Shown one piece after another: positions 42,273 through 52,705 of a stretch of 52,705 nt of DNA (position 1 is its first letter; the number at the start of each line of letters is the position of its first letter). The position numbers and the translations under genes were made by a program. Origin of the DNA: Octopus bimaculoides. Lineage: Eukaryota. The notes under the pieces are model-generated. The model saw nothing but the letters and a program-made list of their open reading frames with translations. It was not told the DNA's origin and searched no databases. The DNA lies in NCBI RefSeq assembly GCF_001194135.2, contig NC_068988.1, forward strand, positions 50,719,899 through 50,772,603, given 5' to 3'.

Positions 42273-44348
42273 ATATTTTACGTATTTTCATCGACTTCGT
42301 AATAGACAAGACTTTGACGGTGGAAACAGACTAAATATTTACGTATTTTGTGCAGACGACTGAATAAGGTAGGGAAAGATGATAAAAATAGCAAGAGATT
42401 TACTAACACCTTCATTCTGTAGAAGAGTTACTTCTGCTGTGAACATATTTTGATTTATTCAGTGCAATACTACCAATTGAAACAATTTGCTTTGAGACGG
42501 GTTCACTATTTTACAAAAATCTTCAGTCAGCAACATTCTGCTGTTTGTAAGGGAAATACTTTATTTTCCACTACAGTTGTCAGATTTAAAGGAAGGTCGT
42601 AATAACATTCCTTATCATGAATTAAAATAATTCATTGAAATTTATCCTTTACAATTTTGTTCTTAAACAGTAGCTGATACAATCATTATTGTACCGGGCA
42701 CAATACTTGGTGGTATTTCTTTCAATTTTTTACATTCTCATTTCTAATGTCAGCTACGCCAACCGTGTCTTGCATCCTTTCGGGGTCGATAAAATAAATA
42801 TTAGTTGGGTGTGGGGAAGATGTACTCGACTTATCCTTTCTTCAAAATCGTTCCTCTGGTCCCAAAATGAGAAAGACTTATAATTGCGACTATTAGAAGC
42901 TGAAATTTGCTGAATTATAATTCTAAGTTTGGTTTTCCAGTTTTCACATGTTTTCGAAACAATAAGAAATTTGAAACTTAAACTTTTTTGTTATCCATTT
43001 GACAGTTTACAATTGATCATGCTTTCCAGCATCATAGACCTGGATACTGAGTTTTGTAGAGTTTGTATTACTTAATTACTGGAAGAACCATCCAGAGTGA
43101 TGAGTCAACAGTATCATCTAGAGTAATGAATCGAAGCACAGACAATCTGGTCAATACAAGTCTATTCTAGTCGATAATGAATAAAACAAGTTAAACAAAA
43201 TGGTTTCTAAAACTATTTTTGTTTACAAATTGTAAATAAAGATATATTTACTGAAAAGTTTTATTACGCAGAAAAATTTATTTATTGAAAAATTTTATTA
43301 CGCAGAAAACTTTATTTATTGAAAAATTTTATTAAAACAGAAAAATTTTATAATGCAGGAATAAAATATTCTGGATATATCCTTTGTAAGCAAGTAACAC
43401 TGAATTTTAAGTTATTGTGGAAAATGAAGTTTATAGAATCACTTAATTCATATCACACCAGATAAATGTTCATTTTTATGCCACATTTTGCGGATAATCA
43501 TGCAATATCGAAAACTAAAATCGTATAAACAGAATTTGACTTTCTGGTATATGCAATTAACTTTAAAATTTTTACATAAGCGCATACACGCACACACACA
43601 CACACACATGCACACACACACACACACGCACGCACACATAAATATATATGCATACGTATAGATTTAATGTTTGTTAATACCTGCGAAAATATTCATCGAA
43701 GATTTTCCTCAGCTCGTTTTTCATATTTATAAGAATAGTTATTATATTAATATGGTCTGACGAGTGTTAAATTAACCAATAAGAAATGAAAATGAAAATT
43801 ATTCCAGTCCTCATGAAGAATTTCGCAGCTGAATTCTAGAAAATACGAGAAAGAAAAAAACGGAAATTAAATCGAATAAAACGAATTTATTTTGAGAAGA
43901 TCTTAAAATTTTATTTTTGAGAATTAAAATGAAAATCTGATATTTTACCTTTCAGTTTTCTAAACTTTGAGTGACCGAAAAAATGGTGGATGGTACTACT
44001 ACTAATACTACCCCTTCTTAGACAGACAGACAGACAGACAAACTAAACAGACGCACAAACACGTACACACACACTCACACATGCACGCATACACACGTGC
44101 ACACAAAACACACACGGACCTCCAGTACCAAACACAACGGGTCACTCAACTAATTAGCGAAGCATCCATCACTAACATACTTCAACCGTTAACTCATAGA
44201 TAAAATGGTTCTCTCTGTCTCTTCTATCAATTCTACAACAGTCACTATTCTTCCTAACTAGCTGGTCGCATATTCTCACAGCCTGGTTGACTCGTCTCAC
44301 CTAATTTCCTTCTTCAGTTATTCTCACGGAGTATCCTAACTTCTTCCT

Positions 44349-45042
44349 ATCTTACCTCTCTAAAATTCACTCTACTAGAATCCTATTTTCTATGAACATT
44401 GAGTTATATTACCAAGTTGAGCATAAGCAATATCGATTTCACCAGTCTATGAAGATATAAAATGCCATAAGCAATGTCACCTGTCTTCTGACTTTTTTTT
44501 AATTTAAAAAGGTGTGTAATATTTTGTAACTGCTAATTTGTTACAATAAGTTATAGTTAACCGAATGACAAAGTTGATAATAGTTAAAATAAGTAATCCG
44601 ACAACAATTTGTGAGAATACAGTAGTTCCTAATTCCATTGCATAAATTAGTGCAGCAGAAATTATTTCAAACATGTACTATGTTGCATACACAGCAGAAG
44701 TCAGCATTGAATTGAATCTACTTCACTAATTTCGCAACTTTAATTAATTATTCTCAAGGCACCTGTCATTATAGGTAACGTTTAAATTTCCACTTTTCAT
44801 CTTACCTCTCTAAAATTCACTCTACTAGAATCCTATTTTCTATGAACATTGAGTTATATTACCAAGTTGAGCATAAGCAATATCGATTTCACCAGTCTAT
44901 GAAGATATAAAATGCCATAAGCAATGTCACCTGTCTTCTGACTTTTTTTTAATTTAAAAAGGTGTGTAATATTTTGTAACTGCTAATTTGTTACAATAAG
45001 TTATAGTTAACCGAATGACAAAGTTGATAATAGTTAAAATAA
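44349..45042 (+). repeat. Two apparently identical 244-bp direct repeats (44349-44592 and 44799-45042)
   Basis: Both copies run from atcttacctctctaaaattcac to gttgataatagttaaaataa; only one copy exists in the paralog A region. Confidence 0.9.
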
Positions 45043-45556
45043 TATTTAGAAATTTTCTCCATTTCTTTTGAAGATCCGCTATCGTTTATTTGGATTGATA
45101 CTTCGACTATGAAGTACTTCATTTTTTCGTGTCCTACACAAAAATACCCGATCGAGTAACCTAAATTTCCATATCTGTGAGTATCGTCATATCTCAAAGT
45201 TTGGTTGCTTTGTTATTTTCTTGTGTAGATCCAGTTTACAATTTATTCTTTGAAGATCGACGAAATAAGGACCATTTAAGTATTATGGCCGATGTAACCG
45301 ACTATCTCTCTCCCCCAAAATTCCAGATATTGTGCCTCTCACTAGAAAGGATTTTTGTATTATCATAAGAAAATACATTAAATGAAATCTAAATCTACGA
45401 TTGTGTCCTGATTAGTTATATGGTAACGGAAGTAAATATATAAAAAAAACTGAACGATAGTGACATAATGCATTCACCTTTCATCAGTAGATTGTCTGAC
45501 TGTTTTAAATGAGAACCATATACAAAATATTTTATTGTGTAAACTTAAATACTTAC

Positions 45557-45637
45557 CTTTTCGGTTGACGTCGGCAGTATAGTTGACTGATCTTCAGATT
45601 GAATTACTGGGAATGGTCGATTCTTAAATTTAACCTT
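45557..45637 (-). CDS. MOXD1: Paralog B exon 12
   Basis: gtcttcgtag|KVKFKNRPFPVIQSEDQSTILPTSTEK|gtaagt; 81 nt; read-through gives VSI*. Confidence 0.8.
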
Positions 45638-45727
45638 CTACGAAGACAAAATATATCGGTCGTTAAATGTTGGAATATCATTCTGTTCGTGCAATTTTTT
45701 AAAAACTAAATTTAGAATTACATAATT

Positions 45728-46600
45728 CTAAATTATTTATAAAAAGTATAAAAAGTACAACCATAATTCTTACCCTAATAAAATTACATTATTTTTGATA
45801 ATCTTAATCATCCATATAATTCCTAAAAATTGGAAATTTTTCGTGCAATATGCACCACAAAAATGATATAATATGTATTTTCTATATAACCTGTACATTT
45901 TATATAATATATACACTTTATATAATATATATATTTAATATATTATGCACATCTTATATAATATATTCATTCTATTTATTATATACATCTTATATATACA
46001 TTTTATATAATATATACACTTTATACATTATATACATTTTATATATGTAATCGTCAACTATTATTACTTAATATTCTAAAACATCACACAGTAAAATCAT
46101 CTTAACACATAGCAACAATAAATAATATATTTAAACATATTATCATAAGTAATAATATAAATAAACATCATTAAATAAATATAAATAAATTATTAATAAT
46201 AATATATATAACAATAAATACTCTTAAATAACATAAGTTCCACGATCATTATTAATCAATTATCAATAAAATTAAACAACTTATTCATACTCAAATATAT
46301 ATAGATATATAATTACTATTAAGTTATAATTATTTGTGATATTTAAATAATATTTATATATTACATAAATACCAAAAAAATTAATTAATATATAAATCCT
46401 GAGTTACAACTAAGTATAAGAAACAACAACCACAGACCCCAATACTCAATTTATTAATTACAACACATTAATTTTTAACACGTTATAAATATCATTTTAA
46501 AACTCTATAAAAATAATAAATAATTATATATTTATTTCAGAATATTTTAATGATGCTTAACTAAAATTTATTAGCATTAATTTTTACAAAACCAATGGAG
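45728..46600. other. Extremely AT-rich, G-poor insert; candidate mitochondrial control-region NUMT
   Basis: Homology to paralog A stops at about 45727. The sequence is then almost G-free on +, with TATATAATATATACAC repeats and a GTGCA-ATA-TGCAC hairpin at about 45843-45855. Not verified against mtDNA. Confidence 0.35.
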
Positions 46601-47087
46601 TTTACATCTACTTTTTCATTCTTATAAATCATTGACAAAATTATCTATTTTATGGATGTATCCTCCAAATTTCACCTATTTCTGTCAATAATCCAAAATT
46701 ATATTAAATGAAGGAGAGTATATTTTGGATTTAAAAGAATTTTGTTTATCTTAATTTTGATAACTAAAAGTATAAAAAAAAGACGTTTTATTTATGGGAT
46801 GACCCAATATTTTGATAAAGTCATCGTAAATTAAATGTTAATTTTTTTTAACAGGAAGATAAAAAATCAAGTTTGGAGAAGAAAAGCAGTAATTTAAATA
46901 ATACGTCAAATTCCAAAGTGGAAAATAGGTTATCACTGCATGCAGCTATAGGCAGTGGTGCTTAAAATTGACTACTATAAGCTTTGATTTATAAGTGTTA
47001 AATTTCACGACAGCCCTAATGAATGTTCAGAATATCATTGTAATCAATAAGATAAAATAAAAGAAGAAAAAGAAAAGTACAACTTAC

Positions 47088-47202
47088 ACTTAACTTCTCA
47101 TAACATGACTGTGTAAAACCTAATTCAGGCTCCAAACCGTTGACTATTAATTCCATTTTTTTAACGGCTTCCTGGTTATTTTTATATTGCAGTGGGTTCA
47201 TA
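47088..47202 (-). CDS. MOXD1: Paralog B exon 11
   Basis: tctgtttcag|T MNPLQYKNNQEAVKKMELIVNGLEPELGFTQSCYEKLS|gtaagt; 115 nt. Confidence 0.88.
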
Positions 47203-47820
47203 CTGAAACAGATATCTTTTTTTCGTTTCCTTATATTTAAATTATTACAAAATCAATAAACAAAAGCAAAATATTCTAGCATTTATAACTGAATTGATAC
47301 TTCAAGTTAGCGTTTCCGTTTGTGCTATACTGAACATATTGTTGTAAAAGACAGCTGTTTACGGAGTAGACCAATTGGATTGTTTTTTAGATACGAAGCA
47401 AGGCTGTGATTAGATCAATAAGCATAACAGGTATATTAATCAATAATATTAATACGCTAACTTTTTGTTTTAGTACGTACCTGTTGTGTGCGTCACACTT
47501 ATTTCTTTGAAGTGGCAAAGCGAGAGAGAGAGAGATGAGGACAGAGAGGATGTAAGAGAGAGGGAGGGAGAGAGTGTGAGAGAGAATGAGAGAGAAAGTG
47601 AGAGTGTGAGAGGGAAAGAGAGAGTGTGAAAAAGACATCAGTGGTGACGGCGTTCGTTTATAATAATGATAGACTTGCATACACATTCTTTTTCGTTTGT
47701 CTTATTTTTCCTTTTACAACCTATTTGTAAATATCCGGTTGAATTTTTCCTATTACCTCATCTGTTTTTCCTTATTGACTTTTATTAATAACTTTTTTGA
47801 TGTTCTTCCTTAAATTCTTC

Positions 47821-47884
47821 ACTCTGATGAGAATGACAATACATTCAAAAGACATTCGTATTGTCTTTTGAAACATTCGTATGT
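47821..47884 (+). ncRNA. Degenerate hammerhead ribozyme motif
   Basis: CUGAUGAG, stem II GACAAUAC/GUAUUGUC, UGAAAC AUUC GUA; stem I largely lost. Confidence 0.5.
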
Positions 47885-48959
47885 ATTAAATCCAATTTTG
47901 ATTTTAACATTTTTCTCCATTTTTATACTTGTTTCTGTATCTTTATACCTGTAACGAACTTTTTCAATTGTTATTTTCATATTCTTACTACTTGCTGCTC
48001 CAGCTGATTTTTATGAATATGATGAATTTTTATTGGAAATTATTTTGTCTCCTTTTGGACTCCTTAAAAACTTTGAATTGTTTTATTTTAACTTATTTTT
48101 TCTCTTATATATATATATATATAGTAAAGATTATATTATTTCTAACTTGCATAACTGTACATCCAGATATATATATATATGGTATGAAGTGAAAAAAATC
48201 CATACATTTTAGCACAAATGTTTCAGAACACAAAACGAACAGTTTTATTAAACAGCAAGCAACCCAGAAAATGCGTTGGCAAACAGCAACCAATCCTTAC
48301 GCAGGTAAAATGACGACAGCTTACCTACTACGTCCAGGTATTTCGCCACAACTCCCTGCCCCAAACCATCCTCCACAGAACAGTTGGGGGAGAACGAAAG
48401 AGAGGTAGATAGAGAAAATCCTAGTCTGATAGCATCAAGAGCTCCACAGGTCACAATACCGCCACTCTACTACGCATGACAGATAACAAAGTCCAGTGGC
48501 GACTGCACAATGACAGCATAGTACAAATAACGTTTTGAATTTAAAGTCAACGTGTAGCATGAATAATAACATTAAAAAATATCACAAAATACTATTGGCC
48601 ACCAACGAATGGATTTGATAACCATAGATTAATGAACACTCCAATGTATATGAAATGAATATGAAGACCAGAAGAGAAACACTTCTTACTAGAAGATCGT
48701 GGTTTAGTGAAATCTGAGTCACGCACACACGCACGCACATACACAAACACAGCTGTACACAAATAGACATATATATGAGGACTTAAAGATCGATAGCAGA
48801 TAAATGGGAGGATAAATATATGCACACGTTTGTATGTGTGCATGCATGTAAATGTGTAGGGGGATGGCTAAGTATGTATGGAAGTATAATTATGTATGAA
48901 TGTGAGTGTGAAGATAGATAGGTAGACAGATAGATAGATAGATAGATAGATTGATATAC

Positions 48960-49069
48960 TTGATTAGAGCCTTGTCATACTCTGCATCACTGGTACAACT
49001 TTTTAATGTTATTCGTGGATAAATCAGAATGAAAGCTAGACACATCTCATTCTCAGTGCTAAGACCACC
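48960..49069 (-). CDS. MOXD1: Paralog B exon 10 (CuM Met)
   Basis: ttctttacag|GGLSTENEMCLAFILIYPRITLKSCTSDAEYDKALI AA|gtatat; 110 nt, phase 0/2. Confidence 0.9.
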
Positions 49070-49539
49070 CTGTAAAGAAAACAAAAGAGATTTATAAAAT
49101 AATTATTTAATATTTGAAAATTACGCTAATCATCACCAAATTTATAAACAGACAAAATATAAACGTTCTAATCTCTTATGCGGTCGCAAATTTTCTTCAA
49201 ATTGTCTTTATTCTATTTTCAATCTTTCAAATGTTTTTCTTGTCTCACAAAGAACGGTGTGTGATTCCAAAATCCTTGTTTGGTTGACTTTGAAAATAAT
49301 GGAAGTCTTTGATTTAGATACGAGTTCCTTCTTGCAATAGGAATCTTTTCTGATGCTGGTACAAGACTGTCATTTTTAAATGGATGGTTGATGAAATCTT
49401 ACCCTTCCCCACACCGTATTGATTGGTACTGTAATCTATCGATCTTGAAAAGCTGAAAGGTAAAGCTGAGCCAAGTAGAATTTGAACTCAGAAGGTAGAG
49501 TGCCGTAAACCAATTTTACAAAGTAATATTTAGCTGTAA

Positions 49540-49750
49540 TTAGCATGCCAGGCGAAATGCTTAGCAGTATTTCATCCGTCTTTACGTTCTGAATTCAAAT
49601 TCTGCTGAGGTCGACTTTGTCTTTCATTCTTTCGGGGTCAATAAATTAAGTACAAGTTGCGTGTTGCGTACTAGGGTCGATCTAATCGACTGTTACCCAC
49701 CAAAAAAAAAAGAAAAAAAAAATTTCTTGCCTTATGCCTAGAGTAGAAAA
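49540..49750 (+). mobile_element. SINE family B
   Basis: ggcgaaatgcttagc...gaattcaaattctgctgaggtcgactttg. Confidence 0.83.
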
Positions 49751-50137
49751 GAAAAGAATATTTAGTTGTAATTCTGCCAGCATACGGCCTTATAATAACT
49801 TACAGAGACACAAAGACAGAAATTTGGGTTATGTTGTTAGTCAGTTATGTTGAAACTTATGCACGATACATATTATTTTATCGATCCTAGAAGGAAGCAA
49901 GAAAAGGATGACACCGACATTCTTTGAAGTCATAAAGAAAAGAACAGAAAGAAATATCTNNNNNNNNNNNNNNNNNNNNNNNNNNNNNNNNNNNNNNNNN
50001 NNNNNNNNNNNNNNNNNNNNNNNNNNNNNNNNNNNNNNNNNNNNNNNNNNNNNNNNNNNNNNNNNNNNNNNNNNNNNNNNNNNNNNNNNNNNNNNNNNNN
50101 NNNNNNNNNNNNNNNNNNNNNNNNNNNNNNNNNNNNN

Positions 50138-50198
<61 letters not shown>

Positions 50199-50204
50199 TC
50201 CTCT

Positions 50205-50358
50205 CTGCTAAAAATACAAGGTCTGAAAATTTGGGGGAGGAGACTAGTCGATTACATCGACCCCAGTGTTTCCCTGATACTTAATTTATCGACCCCGAAA
50301 TGATGAAAGGCAAAGTCGACCTCGGCAGAATTTGAATTCAGAACGTAGACAGACGAAA
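50205..50358 (-). mobile_element. SINE family B, truncated by the adjacent R4-like fragment
   Basis: gaaaggcaaagtcgacctcggcagaatttgaattcagaacgtag, then an abrupt switch to R4 sequence. Confidence 0.8.
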
Positions 50359-50364
50359 TGCTGT

Positions 50365-50845
50365 GAATGCAAAGATCCTCTGGGACTTTGACTTCCACGC
50401 TGACGAGGTGCGAGAGCACCGAAGGCCGGATATAGTAACCTTTAGGAAAGATAAACACGAGAGCCTAATAATTGACGTGGCAATGCCAGGATATCAACAT
50501 ATTATCATGAAAGAAAGAAGAGACTGACAAATATGGAGACCTGAGAATTGAGATCGCCAAGATGTGGCAGCTGCAAGAGTCAAACATAAAGGTTGTTCCT
50601 GTTGACTTTGGAGTGTTGTGTCCAATACCATCCAACCTGAAGAAACATCTGGACACTTTAGAAATACCCATCAACCTTGGTGTATTGCAAAAACCGGCTT
50701 TACTTCGAACTGAACGCATACTGTGTAAAGCATTAGCTGCCTGAAGTCCTTGTGACTTGACCGACACACTTGACAGACTTGACAGACCCGGTACACACAA
50801 AATCTTCAATCTACAGCATCACAATATCGGATACTGTGCAACGTC
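50365..50845 (+). mobile_element. R4/Dong-clade endonuclease domain and 3' UTR
   Basis: KILWDFDFHADEVREHRRPDIV...IIDVAMP...LQKPALLRTERILCKAL*; same family as 15020-16575. Confidence 0.88.
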
Positions 50846-50917
50846 TTCTATAATTATTATAATAATGGTTTAAAATTTTGCCACAAAAAGTCGACCTCGG
50901 CGGAATTTGAACTCTGA

Positions 50918-50956
<39 letters not shown>

Positions 50957-51094
50957 GTTATTATTGTTTATTGTTTATTATTATTATTGTTTCTATTACA
51001 GGCACACGGCCTGAATTTGGGGGAGTAGGATAGTCGATTTTATTGACCCCGAGAGGATGAAAGGTAAAGTCGACCTCGGCGGAATTTGAACTCA

Positions 51095-51146
<52 letters not shown>

Positions 51147-51150
51147 AATA

Positions 51151-51184
<34 letters not shown>

Positions 51185-51927
51185 GGGGGATTTCATTTAT
51201 TTGCTACAAGGACGAAGGTTGTGGAGGACAATACAAAGACAGACATCGTACTGTTTTGAAAAAAATAAAAATGATACATTAAGAAAAACTAGTCGTCTCG
51301 TATATCTGATAAACACAGATTTGTCACATCTAGAGTATACTTATTCATAGTTAAGTCAAACAAAAGCAAACTCGTTCAACAACAACAACACATTCTACAC
51401 TTGGCCAAACTGACAGGAGGAGTCTTCTACATGGGTGTTAGTCATGTAATAAATAATAGTTGAATTGCCCTCAAACTACACTTCAAGAATATTAAAAAAA
51501 ACAGAACACTTTAATGAGGTTTATGACTGGAATAAGTCCGTCAAGCTTCACATTGAATAAAACAGTATCAGTACCGAAAGATGCTTGTGTACATAGTCAA
51601 GTAATAATCAATTTAAGTCCCTCAGTTCGTGGGATATAATGTGTGTGTGTGTGTGTGTGTGCGTGCGTGCGTGTGCATGTGTATGTATCCGTGTATCTAT
51701 GTTTGTATGTATATATATCTTATTTACTGTGACCCAGGATAATATAATTTGAAGTCCTATAAATTTTTTTTTTTTTTAATTAAGAAATCAAATTTAGATG
51801 AAATAACTATAAAGATAGTCAGCGAAAAGCGGTATCAGATATTTAAAGCAGCAATGTGAGGCGGAAAAGAAACGATAAGTTCAATAGTATTTAAAAAATC
51901 AATATTTTACAAAGAAATGTTACCTAC

Positions 51928-51987
51928 TCGTGTAAAATCGGTTCTTTGTGTAGTATCGTAAACACATTCTATTTGTAGGATGTCATC
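51928..51987 (-). CDS. MOXD1: Paralog B exon 9 (MOXD1-like; the rest of the gene lies beyond the window end)
   Basis: ttctgtttcag|DDILQIECVYDTTQRTDFTR|gtaggt; 17/20 aa identical to paralog A exon 9. Confidence 0.9.
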
Positions 51988-52029
51988 CTGAAACAGAAAA
52001 AAAGAAAAAAATAATAAATGATAATAATC

Positions 52030-52240
52030 CCTTCTACTGAAGGCACAAGGCCTTGAAATTTTAGAGGAGGGGTCTAGTCGATTACACCGACACCAGTACG
52101 TAACTGGTACTTAATTTGTCAACCCCAAAAGGGTGAAAGGCAAAGTTGACCTCGGTGGAATTTGAACTCAGAACGTAACGACGGGCGAAATACCACCAAG
52201 CATTTCGTCCAGCGTGCTAACAATTCTGCTAGCTCGGCGG
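52030..52240 (-). mobile_element. SINE family B
   Basis: Near-consensus copy immediately flanking the paralog B exon 9 acceptor. Confidence 0.85.
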
Positions 52241-52244
52241 GGCT

Positions 52245-52507
52245 GATTACTATCTTGCTCAGATACCAGGAAACCCGAAAATGGCTGAAGTTCAAAAGAT
52301 AGTGTTCATGGTAACTGCCCATATCCTACGTAAAATACTGTCTATGTGATCCCAAATTTTAAAACAAACACAATCCAAATATATGGTACCCTAGGCATAA
52401 CACCTACTTGAACTTCTAACTTGTTGTCTCTTGAGGTCTCTGGGTGAGACTTGGATCCAACTTGTACAAATGCAAAGCAAAGGTCACACATAAAATAATA
52501 ATAATAA
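52245..52507 (+). mobile_element. R4/Dong-like 3' end with (TAA)n tail
   Basis: AEVQKIVFMVTAHILRKILSM*, then a UTR ending cacataaaataataataat. Confidence 0.65.
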
Positions 52508-52705
52508 TTTCATTTATTTGCCACAAGGGCGAAGGATGAGGGAGATAATACTAAGACAGACATAAAATGTAAGGATTTACATATAATGAAATGGTAAACA
52601 AAAAAGGAAAGTAAGTATACACGGTATACACTGAAAAAGAAAGGACATATGCATAGCATACAAAAGTTTTTAAAAAGTGGCGGGGAGGATGATAGAGATG
52701 TGCCC
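52508..52705 (-). mobile_element. 3' UTR of the same Tx1-like family (another copy at 51186-51270)
   Basis: tttcatttatttgccacaagg...gacagaca matches 13124-13175. Confidence 0.65.

Larger units (their letters stand above)
42275..47220. repeat. Segmental (tandem gene) duplication: paralog B 3' region homologous to about 3005-7860
   Basis: Colinear non-coding similarity by eye, e.g. 42275-43100 vs 3005-3810, 43900-44340 vs 4580-4980, 46900-47220 vs 7545-7860. Also 48660-49300 vs 11500-12190 and 51780-52010 vs 13700-13910. Confidence 0.92.

Noticed and set aside
44991-45197. 68-aa ORF (GYFCVGHEKMKYFIVEV...) as an extra exon
   Set aside because: The homologous paralog A sequence (about 5480-5610) has two in-frame stops and there are no convincing splice sites.
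46545-46595. Mitochondrial tRNA-Lys-like 5' half (gcttaa...ttagcattaattttt)
   Set aside because: The 3' half cannot be folded, and its position is not consistent with the octopod gene order as I recall it; too weak to report.

Overview
AT-rich, microsatellite- and gap-riddled eukaryotic genomic DNA. The repeat families and composition point to an octopod cephalopod; this is inference, not a database result. The main feature is a minus-strand, multi-exon DBH/MOXD1-like copper type II ascorbate-dependent monooxygenase gene (paralog A). I assembled it by hand from 12 phase-compatible GT-AG coding exons between 37339 and 6000, giving 553 codons: signal peptide, DOMON, then Cu2_monooxygen N and C domains. 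All six canonical Cu ligands are present (HH, H, HxH, M). The 3' part of a second tandem paralog (B; exons 9-12, 51987-45557) lies upstream, and a truncated remnant of a third copy (C; 42272-38940) lies between them. The introns hold Tx1/L1-clade, R4/Dong-clade and Penelope-like retroelement fragments, three tRNA-derived SINE families, Helentron-type HINEs and an internally deleted pogo-like element. The most notable observations are: fast amino-acid divergence between paralogs next to the CuM methionine; a read-through stop conserved in all three copies (possible soluble versus anchored isoforms); three 29-bp-phased ATCACATGAT boxes upstream of the start codon; several Penelope-type minimal hammerhead ribozyme motifs, mostly co-oriented with the pre-mRNA; a 1.4-kb fold-back next to exon 4; and an AT-rich insert resembling a mitochondrial control region. 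No prokaryotic features, CRISPR arrays, rRNA or true tRNA genes were found. All alignments and counts were done by eye.
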